DNA of 64,000 bases from a virus. Its lineage: Duplodnaviria; Caudoviricetes. The notes beneath the pieces are model-generated. The model saw nothing but the letters and a program-made list of their open reading frames with translations, did not search any database and was not told the origin of the DNA. Both the position numbers and the translations under genes were made by a program. Location of the stretch: IMG/VR virus record IMGVR_UViG_3300020177_000966; one strand, given 5' to 3'. Of the stretch, positions 28,177 to 37,780 are shown piece by piece (position 1 is the stretch's first letter; every line of letters begins with the position of its first letter).

Positions 28177-29268
28177 TTACGCGGCCTGCGCGGCTTTAAT
28201 ATACTTGCTGTAACGCTCGTGCCATTCGTCGAAGCATTCTACTTCGTCCGGATCAATGGGCAATTGGTACTGAGTAAGAGCAAGGCGAATAGCCATTACA
28301 ACTAGCTCAGTATCAAAATTATCCATTGTAAAACGTAGGAAGTTATTAACTTTATCGTTAAACTTCTTATCGTTTTTGTCACATGCGTCTTTCAGTTCAT
28401 AGCACAGTGAGACTGTCAAGGAATACATGGCACTGATTTCTTTAGTCTCAAGCTCTTTAACCTTACCTGTCAAAATGTCAGTTGGGTTAGGGAGTTTTGA
28501 CGCAACCTTACGGTGTGCCATAAACTTAACAGCAAGTCCTTCGCCAATTGCACCACTTACCAAATCAGTAGTAGTGCTTTCATCGTCGTCGTCTTCAAGT
28601 AGTTCAGAAACAAACGACCATGAACGCGGTGTTGCAAAAGAACGGCTTGGCGACTTAGGATCAAAGTCGTACAAGTCTTTCTTAGCAAAAGTCAAATAAC
28701 CGATAACATCTTTATGAATTTTATTTTCTACTGCCCACGCAAAGTAATCATCCCAATTAACAGCAAGTTCCAAGTGAACAAAACGGTTAGCCAACGGAGC
28801 AGGCATACGATAAGTAACACCTTTGTCTGCTTCGCGGTTACCTGCCGCAACAATAAGAACATTGTCTGGCAATTTGTAAGTACCAACTCGGCGATTTAGA
28901 ATCAACTGATAGGCTGCCGCTTGTACAGCTGGTGCCGCAGAGTTCATTTCATCTAGAAACAATACAATATTGTCGTATTGCGCCGCAAATTCTTCTGTTG
29001 GAAGTTCTGCTGGAGGCGCCCAAACCATTGTACTAGAGTTGCTGTCAAAATATGGAATACCTTTAATATCTGTAGGTTCCCAAAGTGATAGTCGGATATC
29101 AATAAGAAATGAATTAGTTAATACATTATTTGTAATTTGCGCAATGATATCTGATTTACCAATACCTGGAGGTCCCCAAAGGAACAGCGGACGCTTTTTA
29201 GCAAAAGCACGTACAATGCTTTTCTTTGCGCTGTTAGGTCCTACAGTACGAAGTGCGATATTTTCCAT
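28177..29268 (-). CDS. MoxR/dynein-related AAA+ ATPase
   Basis: WGPPGIGKS Walker A, LFLDE Walker B, AGNR sensor, LANRF arginine finger. ATG at 29268. Confidence 0.88.
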   Translation of the reverse strand: MENIALRTVGPNSAKKSIVRAFAKKRPLFLWGPPGIGKSDIIAQITNNVLTNSFLIDIRLSLWEPTDIKGIPYFDSNSSTMVWAPPAELPTEEFAAQYDNIVLFLDEMNSAAPAVQAAAYQLILNRRVGTYKLPDNVLIVAAGNREADKGVTYRMPAPLANRFVHLELAVNWDDYFAWAVENKIHKDVIGYLTFAKKDLYDFDPKSPSRSFATPRSWSFVSELLEDDDDESTTTDLVSGAIGEGLAVKFMAHRKVASKLPNPTDILTGKVKELETKEISAMYSLTVSLCYELKDACDKNDKKFNDKVNNFLRFTMDNFDTELVVMAIRLALTQYQLPIDPDEVECFDEWHERYSKYIKAAQAA

Positions 29269-29325
29269 TTTATATTCCTCTTGTGTTTCAGTCAATGCCA
29301 TAACTTAGTTTCTAAGTATGTATAT

Positions 29326-29354
29326 ATAATAACACCAGTATGAGAAAGAGTCAA
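29326..29354 (-). promoter_or_regulatory. sigma70-type promoter
   Basis: TTGACT-17 bp-TATTAT. Confidence 0.65.
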
Positions 29355-29370
29355 CCTCTTTCTTACCAAT

Positions 29371-29757
29371 TTATTCAGAATTTGATCTTGAAATTGCTTT
29401 AGTTAAGCCGTATTTTCTTAGGTCACCGCTAAAAAGATGCAGTTCCATGGCTTTCTTTTCGTCCGTTACATAGATACTTTTTGAAGTTATATAGTATGGA
29501 CACGTAATAAATTGGTCTAAAAAAATAACAGTTTGAGTAGTCATTTTGAAGTCTCTTGGAAATGGAACTTCGTAAGTTTGTAGATCTAATGTATTTGTAA
29601 TAAATTCAAAACCTTCATCAGTAAGACGCAATCCGCCTTCTGATTTTTCTCTAGTGTTTTGCCACCATTCAGAACGATAATGTTTTAAATTTGCTTCGCT
29701 AATAGCAATATCAGATTGCTTTAGAAAGATCTTAGTATATGTCTCTTTCCAGTTCAT
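29371..29757 (-). CDS. Hypothetical protein
   Basis: ORF in operon with ATGA-type overlap. Confidence 0.65.
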   Translation of the reverse strand: MNWKETYTKIFLKQSDIAISEANLKHYRSEWWQNTREKSEGGLRLTDEGFEFITNTLDLQTYEVPFPRDFKMTTQTVIFLDQFITCPYYITSKSIYVTDEKKAMELHLFSGDLRKYGLTKAISRSNSE

Positions 29758-30044
29758 TCTTCTATAACAACATCGCCTTGTACAAGTCTATGTACTTTAA
29801 AGCCGTCAGTTTTGAACATTTCGTTGAGTTTTTTTGCTAGATTATGTGCATGTCCGGGATTACTAAAAGAAACCTTTTTATATTTAGGACCTGGATAGTT
29901 AGTTATTGCATTGGACGTTTTAAGGTTAAACGGTTCACCATTATAAAATACAGCCCAAATAGCTTCAGATTTAAGTACTTGTTCGCACTTATATGTTGCT
30001 TTATCTACATATTCTAAAATGATTGTTGGTTTTGGTCTACTCAT
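29754..30044 (-). CDS. Hypothetical basic protein
   Basis: ORF with ATAAATA upstream. Confidence 0.65.
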   Translation of the reverse strand: MSRPKPTIILEYVDKATYKCEQVLKSEAIWAVFYNGEPFNLKTSNAITNYPGPKYKKVSFSNPGHAHNLAKKLNEMFKTDGFKVHRLVQGDVVIEE

Positions 30045-30108
30045 ATACGTAATCCTTTAAAATTAACTACGTATATATTTATCTTTTTTTGATAGAAAAA
30101 CTAGTACT

Positions 30109-30354
30109 TTATTTCCATCCGGAACCACCGTCCATGCTAATAGTTACAACTTCTTCAGCATTACCTGCATTTTCTATAACTAATCGTTCTAGTCTGCCTT
30201 GATGATTAGCTAAAATAGTTGTAAGTGTATATACAAGATTTTTAGCTTGTGCTAACGGAATTCTAATTTCTTTTTGATTTCCTTGTTCTGCACTTTTAAC
30301 AATTTGAACAAATTGTTGTATAGGTGCAGGATTAATCGGTTCGTTTGTTTGCAT
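30109..30354 (-). CDS. Hypothetical protein
   Basis: ORF in operon. Confidence 0.6.
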   Translation of the reverse strand: MQTNEPINPAPIQQFVQIVKSAEQGNQKEIRIPLAQAKNLVYTLTTILANHQGRLERLVIENAGNAEEVVTISMDGGSGWK

Positions 30355-30808
30355 TACTTAATTCCTGTCTCATTGTAAAGTCTGTTTTAAACGGACCTTT
30401 GTATTCATACTTTTCAAGTGTAACTAACTTAGGGCAAAAACTTCTTACCCATCCTTTGTCAAATTTAATAATGTAATAACCTGCCGCATATAAACTTTTA
30501 GACTTTTTACTTTTTGTAAAAAGTGGTAACTTTTTTTGTACATTATACATTACATTATACGGTGTTCCGCTTGTAGCAAAACCATGAATTTCTCTATCGA
30601 TTTTACTACCGTCTGAAATACTTGTCTTATCCCAGCTCGCACCTCCAATGTAGCTGTTAAAAGATTTAGTATCGCTAAAGTATTCTGTCCCTGTTGAACA
30701 ACTGTACATATATCTTTTATCTTCTTCTTTAGATAGTGTACCAATACGTTCGCCATTAGATTCAATAATCCAAAACTTATTTTTTAGCACTGGTTTTGCT
30801 TTAATCAT
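30332..30808 (-). CDS. Hypothetical protein
   Basis: ORF in operon. Confidence 0.65.
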   Translation of the reverse strand: MIKAKPVLKNKFWIIESNGERIGTLSKEEDKRYMYSCSTGTEYFSDTKSFNSYIGGASWDKTSISDGSKIDREIHGFATSGTPYNVMYNVQKKLPLFTKSKKSKSLYAAGYYIIKFDKGWVRSFCPKLVTLEKYEYKGPFKTDFTMRQELSNANKRTD

Positions 30809-31805
30809 ATATTGGCTCCATTATATTATATTTTGCATTCAGTGCATCTGCATATAATTGAATATTATCTGCAATACGTTGCATATCATGCTTTGCACAG
30901 AATTTCATAAGATGCAACCCAACTTGAGATACTTGTTTAGGCTTTGCATTTTCGGCAATAGTCTTATTTATTATTTCTCTAATCTCTGCAGGTTGTGCAG
31001 TCAAATCGCATAGTACAACATTACGATTGTAATCATCTAATACACGATGTTCAACACCGTTATGATCTACCCAACGCTGTAACATCATGTTATTCCAATT
31101 GTAGCCTTTTGTACTCTTATCTTCAAATGCTTCTGTAAGCCCAACCTTATTCTTAGTGCCTTTTGTACGTACACCAGGATATGCACTAAACACATTGTCA
31201 CTAGTGTCACCTCGCATACATTTCTCAAACAGCATAAACGCAGGATTAGGTGCAGGCTTAGGCTCTTTTGTTTTCTTATCTACAACAGGCTTGCCCTTGT
31301 CGTCAAAGTAACCTTCGTGTGTAATAGTTGTATTAGACACACCGTTGTACTGTTTTACGTTAGGAGCAATAAGTTGTGCAAAGTCACCATCTGTACTAAT
31401 AATAATATGATTGTCATTAGGGTGTGCTTGTACCCAACCTGCAATCAAATCATCTGCTTCTAGTTGCGGATGTTGCATTACTGTACAGTTAGTCTTTACT
31501 GTAACAAAATTCTTAAACTCGTCGAACATCTCCCAAAAGATTGTATCTTCTTCTTGCTGTGCAGGAGTTAATGCATCACGTGTTTCTTGTCTATTACGTT
31601 TGTAAGGTTCGTAATAGTCTTTACGCCAACTACGTCCTTCTAAACAAAAGATAACATGATCTCCGTTAAAGTCATTCCATGCTTTCTTAATACTGTTTAG
31701 CGTGATATGAAATGCCATACCTACTTTCGTATCGATATCGCCACGAACTACGTGACGAGCTCTAAAGAACGTATTTGCAGTATCTATTAAAATATATGTT
31801 GCCAT
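30801..31805 (-). CDS. rnh: T4-type RNase H / 5'-3' exonuclease (PIN/FEN fold)
   Basis: LIDTAN, EGRSWRK, LEADDLIA, ISTDGDFAQL, RGDTSDNV. Confidence 0.85.
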   Translation of the reverse strand: MATYILIDTANTFFRARHVVRGDIDTKVGMAFHITLNSIKKAWNDFNGDHVIFCLEGRSWRKDYYEPYKRNRQETRDALTPAQQEEDTIFWEMFDEFKNFVTVKTNCTVMQHPQLEADDLIAGWVQAHPNDNHIIISTDGDFAQLIAPNVKQYNGVSNTTITHEGYFDDKGKPVVDKKTKEPKPAPNPAFMLFEKCMRGDTSDNVFSAYPGVRTKGTKNKVGLTEAFEDKSTKGYNWNNMMLQRWVDHNGVEHRVLDDYNRNVVLCDLTAQPAEIREIINKTIAENAKPKQVSQVGLHLMKFCAKHDMQRIADNIQLYADALNAKYNIMEPIYD

Positions 31806-31838
31806 TATCTATGCCTTAAATGTGTCATTTACAGTATC

Positions 31839-31867
31839 ATTATATAGTATAGAGCTACTATTGTCAA
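31839..31867 (-). promoter_or_regulatory. Consensus sigma70 promoter
   Basis: TTGACA-17 bp-TATAAT upstream of rnh. Confidence 0.85.
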
Positions 31868-31909
31868 GTAAAAACTCTTCTTTAATGTACCGTTTTAGTT
31901 CATTACGCA

Positions 31910-32308
31910 TTACTTTACTTCACTTTTATCTTCACTAATTTTAGTTGTATCAATAAATCCAGCGGCCCTAGGACCATCTATACCTTCTTCGCCTAACATT
32001 TGACTAATAATTGTTCTAAACCATCCGTCTACAATTTGTTCTGGATTTTCACCTGTGTAACCTGCGTCAATGAGTTGTTCAATAAACTCGTTGTTCCAAT
32101 CAAGTTCAAAGAATCCGTTTCGAATGTTATCAGGGTTTACTTTAGTATCAAGCACAGCAACCCAAGGTTCACCGGCCGCAGTAGCTTCTTCTTTTTCTTT
32201 TGCAAGAATTTCTCTGCGCTCGTCTTCAATAGACTTTTCTTTTTCTACAGGTTCATCAATTTTACTGTTTATACCTGCATCTCTAATTAGTTTTTTCCAC
32301 CATCCCAT
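31910..32308 (-). CDS. Hypothetical acidic protein
   Basis: ORF; start abuts the stop of the small upstream ORF. Confidence 0.65.
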   Translation of the reverse strand: MGWWKKLIRDAGINSKIDEPVEKEKSIEDERREILAKEKEEATAAGEPWVAVLDTKVNPDNIRNGFFELDWNNEFIEQLIDAGYTGENPEQIVDGWFRTIISQMLGEEGIDGPRAAGFIDTTKISEDKSEVK

Positions 32309-32418
32309 TATAGTCCTGCCTCTCTTGCACGTATCATGCGTTGTTCGATTTCAATTGCTTCTTCTTCATCTGTCTTACCGACCTTTGCTGTCATAGCCTT
32401 TTCATGTGCTTCATTCAT
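32308..32418 (-). CDS. Small hypothetical protein (36 aa, MNEAHEKAMT...)
   Basis: Fills the gap between the queE stop and the 31910 gene; it is the tail of track ORF 32308..32847. Confidence 0.45.
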   Translation of the reverse strand: MNEAHEKAMTAKVGKTDEEEAIEIEQRMIRAREAGL

Positions 32419-32428
32419 GTATTGCTTC

Positions 32429-33322
32429 TTAAGTTCCCCATGCATTTCCGAATAAGGATATGTGTAGTCTTGGTGTGAACCTCCAACCTCGCTCCATACA
32501 TGCTTCGGCGACTTCTCGAACATTGAGATTATACTCTTCTGAACGTCCGCCAAGCGGCATAAGATATACTGGACACTTAATGCCTGCATTACGGTACTCT
32601 TCCACAGCTCTTTCAACTTCTTCAAAGTCATCTTGACTAGCGACAACAAACTTAAGGTAAATGTCACTGCCGTCAACAAGGCTATACTCGCGAGCAACAT
32701 CAGGCTTAATAGCAGTTTCCCAAGGTTCTCCGCTAACGCTAAGTTTTGGGGAACAACTCCAAGTAACTTCAAATCTGTCTTGATCTGTAAGATAGTTGAA
32801 GAAATCATCGTGTAACTTTTGTGTAGTGTTTGTTTCAAATGTAACATTTTTTAGGTCTCTCATACGTGGATGTTCAAACAAATCAATGTAGAGCTTTTGC
32901 CACGCTAACAAGGGCTCTCCACCAGTCATGATCAAATGAATGTCTTGACCGTTGTCTTGTGTCCACTTACCGTTCGGAGTAAGTGACAGTAAATGTTCAA
33001 CCACTTCGTCAACTTCTGCTTGTTTATTAAAGTGTTTAAACTCTGGATAGATGCTTGCATATGTATCACAGCCTGTGTGAATAATAGGCAAGTCCTCAAA
33101 CTTTTCTGTAGTTTCGTGTACACCTGCATCAATTAATGCTTTTACTTCTGCATTGTATCTTTGTCCTTCTGCATGAAGTTCTGTGCGATTCTTTTTAGTA
33201 TCAACACCAAAGTTCATACAACGAAAATTACAACCAAAGGTACGTAAGAACACACTAGGCACCCCTACAAATTTACCTTCACCTTGCACACTGTAAAATG
33301 CTTCTGAATATCTTAATTTCAT
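32429..33322 (-). CDS. queE: 7-carboxy-7-deazaguanine synthase QueE (radical SAM)
   Basis: FYSVQGEG, FLRTFGCNFRC..CDT, MTGGEP, FETN, SPKL, PRLH. Confidence 0.9.
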   Translation of the reverse strand: MKLRYSEAFYSVQGEGKFVGVPSVFLRTFGCNFRCMNFGVDTKKNRTELHAEGQRYNAEVKALIDAGVHETTEKFEDLPIIHTGCDTYASIYPEFKHFNKQAEVDEVVEHLLSLTPNGKWTQDNGQDIHLIMTGGEPLLAWQKLYIDLFEHPRMRDLKNVTFETNTTQKLHDDFFNYLTDQDRFEVTWSCSPKLSVSGEPWETAIKPDVAREYSLVDGSDIYLKFVVASQDDFEEVERAVEEYRNAGIKCPVYLMPLGGRSEEYNLNVREVAEACMERGWRFTPRLHISLFGNAWGT

Positions 33323-33429
33323 AATGGCAACCTTCCTGTATAAAGATCAATACCTAAACTAATCATGCCCATTGCAAATACTACTACAATAAACACTTGT
33401 GCCATACGCACTGCAATATAATTACTCAT
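33319..33429 (-). CDS. Small membrane protein (36 aa; absent from ORF track)
   Basis: Own translation: MSNYIAVRMAQVFIVVVFAMGMISLGIDLYTGRLPL. It exactly fills the folE-queE gap with overlapping start/stop codons. Confidence 0.6.
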   Translation of the reverse strand: MSNYIAVRMAQVFIVVVFAMGMISLGIDLYTGRLPL

Positions 33430-34118
33430 TAGCAACTAAACTCCTGTTGTAGTTTGATGTTATCAAAGAACTCTTTCTTTGTACCTGCATCAGTTTTAAA
33501 TGCACCACGTAGTACAGTTGTTTGTGTAAGTGAACTATGTGCCATGATGCCGCGATTCTCACAGCAACCGTGTGTTGCTTGAATGTAAACGCCTAAGTGT
33601 TCTGCACCAGTTGCTTTTTGAATTTCACGTGCAATATCATTTGCAAGTTCTTCTTGCAGTGTACCACGTCGAGCGCACCACTGTGCAATACGTGTGTACT
33701 TGCTAAGTCCAATAAGTTTCTCAGCGGCAATAATGCCAATATATGCTGTACCAGTTACAGGCTGATGATGATGTGAACACATGCTTTTTAGTTCTGAACG
33801 AACTACTAACATACCTTCATAACGTTCGTCGCTATCATTAGGAAATGCCGTTGCACTTGGAATAGGATCATATCGTCCTGCCATAATCTCATTAAAGTAC
33901 ATTTTAGCAAGACGTCTTGCTGTACCTTTTGAGTTAGGATCGTTATGTCGATCAATTACTAGTGCGTCAAGTACTTGTTCAAATGCTTCTGTTGCGCCTT
34001 CGATAAGTTCTTCTTTATCGCCTTTCTGTAGGACTTCAGAGATGTTATCTCCTGCCCAGTAGCGCAAGCCTGCGTCTTCTAGCTTGCCTTTAATTTGTAA
34101 TGCTTTGCTCATTTTCAT
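33429..34118 (-). CDS. folE: GTP cyclohydrolase I FolE
   Basis: TARRLAKMY, SMCSHH, GLSK, LQEEL, HGCCENRG. ATG at 34118 with GGAG RBS. Confidence 0.93.
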   Translation of the reverse strand: MKMSKALQIKGKLEDAGLRYWAGDNISEVLQKGDKEELIEGATEAFEQVLDALVIDRHNDPNSKGTARRLAKMYFNEIMAGRYDPIPSATAFPNDSDERYEGMLVVRSELKSMCSHHHQPVTGTAYIGIIAAEKLIGLSKYTRIAQWCARRGTLQEELANDIAREIQKATGAEHLGVYIQATHGCCENRGIMAHSSLTQTTVLRGAFKTDAGTKKEFFDNIKLQQEFSC

Positions 34119-34165
34119 TTTATCTCCGATGTTAAGGCAGAGGATTGCCATACAATATACTTTAC

Positions 34166-34194
34166 AGTATACACTTTATTTAGGTTTTTGTCAA
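34166..34194 (-). promoter_or_regulatory. sigma70-type promoter with nested TAAATA
   Basis: TTGACA-aaaaccTAAATAaagtg-TATACT. Confidence 0.8.
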
Positions 34195-35003
34195 GCATTT
34201 TTTACATATTCTAAGTAATCTTTTCCAATTAATTCATGTATTTTTGTAGTATAATGCTCGCCGTCTAACCGATTTTCGTCTGTTTCAATGTTAATACCTT
34301 TTAATAACTGTAAATATCCTTCAGAAGATGATTTTGCTTTTTTACCTGCCATCCAATTTCCGTATAGTTCTACATTTTCAGGAACAAATACTCTGTTATT
34401 AATTGACCATTGGTACCATTTAATGTTGCGTCTAGCACACATTGTGTCAATAGCAAGTAGATCTAAACAGTAATCTTTATACTGCAACGGAGTCACTAAC
34501 TCGTGCCACAGTTTAGTATAGATATATTTTTCATGAAATGGAGCCCAATCAGCTTTTACTTCCATATCGTCAAATGCAAAACCTTTGAAATCCTGATAGT
34601 TTTCTGCTCGAACCTGGTCGATCATTTCTATATAGTTTTCTGTTACCCTGTGATCGGTATATCTATGTATTAGATCATCTTTTGGTTGATCATTGTCTAG
34701 GTACAAATCAACATTAGTATTTTCACCTACATCTAAATTGCGTGAACAACTTAATAAAAACCTATTCCAGTAAGTAGATTGTATAAACACTTCGTCAATA
34801 TCATCATAGCGATCTAACATTGACTTTAACCAGGCAGGATACTTTCTATTGCATCCGCCTGGTTGACTATATATAACAGTTTCTTTATTATTTGCTTTTG
34901 CATAAATTTCTGCGTAATTATTTTCTTGCCAAGCAAGAATGCCTTGCCCAGTTTCATAATAACCGTGTGCATGACTGTCGCCAATAAAAAGTGTTTTAGC
35001 CAT
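34191..35003 (-). CDS. SGNH-like hypothetical protein
   Basis: LFIGDSH, SQPGGCN, DGEHY. Confidence 0.5.
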   Translation of the reverse strand: MAKTLFIGDSHAHGYYETGQGILAWQENNYAEIYAKANNKETVIYSQPGGCNRKYPAWLKSMLDRYDDIDEVFIQSTYWNRFLLSCSRNLDVGENTNVDLYLDNDQPKDDLIHRYTDHRVTENYIEMIDQVRAENYQDFKGFAFDDMEVKADWAPFHEKYIYTKLWHELVTPLQYKDYCLDLLAIDTMCARRNIKWYQWSINNRVFVPENVELYGNWMAGKKAKSSSEGYLQLLKGINIETDENRLDGEHYTTKIHELIGKDYLEYVKNA

Positions 35004-35203
35004 TATTTAAAATACTTATTAACCATTTCTAACATATCATCATATTCGGCAATCTGTTTCATTTCTGTTTCGATTGCATCGATAATATCTGGATGCTCGC
35101 CAATGCCTGCTGGATTGTGCAAGTATACTTCTACGTTAGCTTTGTGCTTGTCAATGTGTCCACGAGCGTGTGACACAAATGCTTCTAATAGTTGTTCTCT
35201 CAT
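35003..35203 (-). CDS. Small phage hypothetical protein
   Basis: MREQLLEAF..NPAGIGEHPDI; ATG at 35203. Confidence 0.65.
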   Translation of the reverse strand: MREQLLEAFVSHARGHIDKHKANVEVYLHNPAGIGEHPDIIDAIETEMKQIAEYDDMLEMVNKYFK

Positions 35204-35213
35204 TTTTCTTTCC

Positions 35214-35777
35214 TTACATTTGGTAAACATCAAAGTAGCGAGAAACTAAATCGCGTTCTTGGTTACGTTGATGGAATGTTACGTTTTTAACCATAGGATG
35301 TGCTTCTCGCTCAACCCACTTAATTTCACCCATTGGTGTTTTTTGCCATACATCATACTGCTTTCTTCCAATAAATCCTCTTGGAGATCTTGCTCCAAAT
35401 GTTTTATGAATACTATCGCGATGAGCAAAATCTATAACATACTCGGGTGTGATTACTACACGGTGTGTATCTATTACACCGCCGTGAGTAATATTTGCAG
35501 GAGCACCTATAACTTGTCTCCAATCTCTATCTACATTTCTGAAATGAGCAATAACATCTTTACAATGTGCTTCTATTCCATGTAATCTCAAAATTCTACG
35601 GGTCATGTTAGCAATCAAAATACATTGATCACCTAACTCTTGTAAGTAATTTAAATAGTAAAGTCTAGTAAAAACAGCAATAAGTCTAGGATCAATATCT
35701 TCATCAACTATAGCTAACGACCAATCCTCTGGATCTATTTTCTTATCTAACTCAAAATCAATTAATTTAGTGTGCAT
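35214..35777 (-). CDS. Hypothetical protein, possible transglutaminase/papain-like Cys-His-Asp fold
   Basis: GDQC..LHGIEA..HRVV..VIDF. Confidence 0.4.
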   Translation of the reverse strand: MHTKLIDFELDKKIDPEDWSLAIVDEDIDPRLIAVFTRLYYLNYLQELGDQCILIANMTRRILRLHGIEAHCKDVIAHFRNVDRDWRQVIGAPANITHGGVIDTHRVVITPEYVIDFAHRDSIHKTFGARSPRGFIGRKQYDVWQKTPMGEIKWVEREAHPMVKNVTFHQRNQERDLVSRYFDVYQM

Positions 35778-36181
35778 TAACAACCATTCTCATTAATATA
35801 AACATCGTCTTCTAAGTTTTCAAGTTCGACAACGTTTTTTTTATAGTTTCCCTTCTCGGGTATCACGTGGCGAACACCGCCTCTTGGATCTTCCATATCG
35901 CCTTTGCGTCTTGGAATAAGATGCACATGAGGCCAATCAACAGTTTGTCCTGCTTCTTCGCCTATGTTCTGTCCGATATTGTAAGCATCACAATATCCTT
36001 TTTCAACCCAGTCATAACCCCAACCATATGCGGCTTTATAGCATTTGGCAAGATGATCCCAGTCTGCTATCTTAGGAACAAAAAGAACGTGTCCTTCTGT
36101 GACAGGATAACCATCCTTGAATACAACAAAGTCTCTAGTATCAATTAGTACGTCTGTCCAAGGTATATCTTTAAATTCCAT
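35777..36181 (-). CDS. HIT family nucleotide hydrolase
   Basis: PVTEGHVLFVPK and WPHVHLIPR (HIT motif variant). Confidence 0.85.
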   Translation of the reverse strand: MEFKDIPWTDVLIDTRDFVVFKDGYPVTEGHVLFVPKIADWDHLAKCYKAAYGWGYDWVEKGYCDAYNIGQNIGEEAGQTVDWPHVHLIPRRKGDMEDPRGGVRHVIPEKGNYKKNVVELENLEDDVYINENGC

Positions 36182-36755
36182 AATTAAATGCCACCGTAAT
36201 TCTTTCTTTATCAGTCATTTGTTGTTCTACTTTGTGCCACAGGTAGCTAGGAAAAATAATTAAACTTCCTGTGCTTGCCGCACAAGTAACAGTAGGAGAG
36301 TTTGACTCACACAGTTCAGTAATACCACTCTTAGGCCAATTTGCTTTTTGATTACTATTAACTAGTGTAAGTCCGGGGTGATCTTGATTTGCTTGCACAT
36401 AATAAACACCACTCCATAGGTCTGGTAAATGATTGTGTTCTTCGTGGTAAGTGTATTTGCGGTTAATACTAAACCAACTAGCCGCTAATTTCGGAATGCC
36501 TGCAAGTTTTGTTTCTTTATGACACTGTTGTACACAAAGTTCGATAAATCCTTTAAGGTCTTCTAGCAACGGATCGTTAAGAATATCACTGTTAGACCCA
36601 TATGATGTATATCCATTAGCACTATAGCGTACAGGACTTTCGTCTGATTTTTCTCTTGCTAAAAATTCTGGAACAATTTTTTTCTGTAATTCCTGCGCAT
36701 TATCGTAGACTGCTCTAAATACTTGAACAGGAAAGATATATTGTTTTTCAATCAT
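36171..36755 (-). CDS. Putative 2OG-Fe(II) oxygenase (TIGR02466-like)
   Basis: HEEHNH..SGVYYV..IFPSYLWHKV..RITVAFN. Confidence 0.8.
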   Translation of the reverse strand: MIEKQYIFPVQVFRAVYDNAQELQKKIVPEFLAREKSDESPVRYSANGYTSYGSNSDILNDPLLEDLKGFIELCVQQCHKETKLAGIPKLAASWFSINRKYTYHEEHNHLPDLWSGVYYVQANQDHPGLTLVNSNQKANWPKSGITELCESNSPTVTCAASTGSLIIFPSYLWHKVEQQMTDKERITVAFNYGI

Positions 36756-37296
36756 AGCTACCTACATTCTCCCAGGGATAAACTAACCATACGTCTTCCT
36801 CGGCTTTATTAATTTCGTGACATGAATAACTAATAGGCAAAACAGTTTCGCTAGCCATGTTATCTGTTAGAACTGCAATACGAACATTGTTGCCCCAAAT
36901 ACGATTCCATTTAGGATCGTTAGGCAAACAACTTGATTGCCAATCTTTTGCAATCCAATTAAATGTAGCACCTGTATCGTTAATGTCATCTACAATAAGA
37001 ATTTTCTTTTCTAGTGGACCACCTGTAATACGATCTTCATCTTTTTCTACATAACCAAAAGCATCTTCTGCCATCCAAAAGTTACTTTCAGGACCTTGCT
37101 CGTCGTCCCGCAAACTTACTTTCAATGCCTCACAACGAATGTTTAACATGTTACTAATAATAGTAGCAGGTACATTACCACCTCGTGTTAGTCCTACGAT
37201 GTAATCAGGACGCCAGTTGTCTTTGTACATTTGATTAACAATACTAATGCACATTTTTTCTACGTCTTGCCAAGTGTAATAGTGTTTTTTAATCAT
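36748..37296 (-). CDS. Type I (purine) phosphoribosyltransferase
   Basis: VGLTRGG and LIVDDINDTGAT PRPP-binding loop. Confidence 0.85.
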   Translation of the reverse strand: MIKKHYYTWQDVEKMCISIVNQMYKDNWRPDYIVGLTRGGNVPATIISNMLNIRCEALKVSLRDDEQGPESNFWMAEDAFGYVEKDEDRITGGPLEKKILIVDDINDTGATFNWIAKDWQSSCLPNDPKWNRIWGNNVRIAVLTDNMASETVLPISYSCHEINKAEEDVWLVYPWENVGSYD

Positions 37297-37502
37297 TTCT
37301 TTTTCGCCTGTAGTTTAGGATGAAGTGTACGATCATTATAAATGTCGCCCGCCATTGCTTGAATTTGATCTACAAGATATGTAACATGATCAACATCATA
37401 AGGCTCACCAGGAGCCTTTTTATATTTTTCTCTATGTGCTTGCACAGCCAATCCATGCATTGCACTAATCTTATCCATTAGTTGTTGAATTGTGTGTTGC
37501 AT
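37293..37502 (-). CDS. Hypothetical protein
   Basis: ORF in operon. Confidence 0.6.
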   Translation of the reverse strand: MQHTIQQLMDKISAMHGLAVQAHREKYKKAPGEPYDVDHVTYLVDQIQAMAGDIYNDRTLHPKLQAKKK

Positions 37503-37780
37503 TACTTCAGTACCTCAAATGTTTTGTATTTTTCAAGTTGTGCTTCGTAAGCATCCTTCAGTTCTCGCAGTTTAGGATACTTTGCTTCCATATCTACATC
37601 ACGCTTTAATAATAACAGAACATCACGCATTTCGTCAAGTTCTGTTAGTATGTCTCTACCCTGTACAATAGCACGGCCTTCTACAGTAAGAGTGTGTTCT
37701 ACAGGAAATGTGCTTTCTGTAATATATGGATTATAGTTTTGTGTGCTATTAAAGATAGCATCTACCCTACGATCACCCAT
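37502..37780 (-). CDS. Hypothetical protein
   Basis: ORF in operon; ATG at 37780. Confidence 0.6.
   Translation of the reverse strand: MGDRRVDAIFNSTQNYNPYITESTFPVEHTLTVEGRAIVQGRDILTELDEMRDVLLLLKRDVDMEAKYPKLRELKDAYEAQLEKYKTFEVLK

Noticed and set aside
32419-32847. 179-aa ORF 32308..32847 overlapping queE in another frame
   Set aside because: Most of it lies inside the strongly motif-supported queE. Only the last 36 codons (from ATG 32418) occupy free space and were kept.
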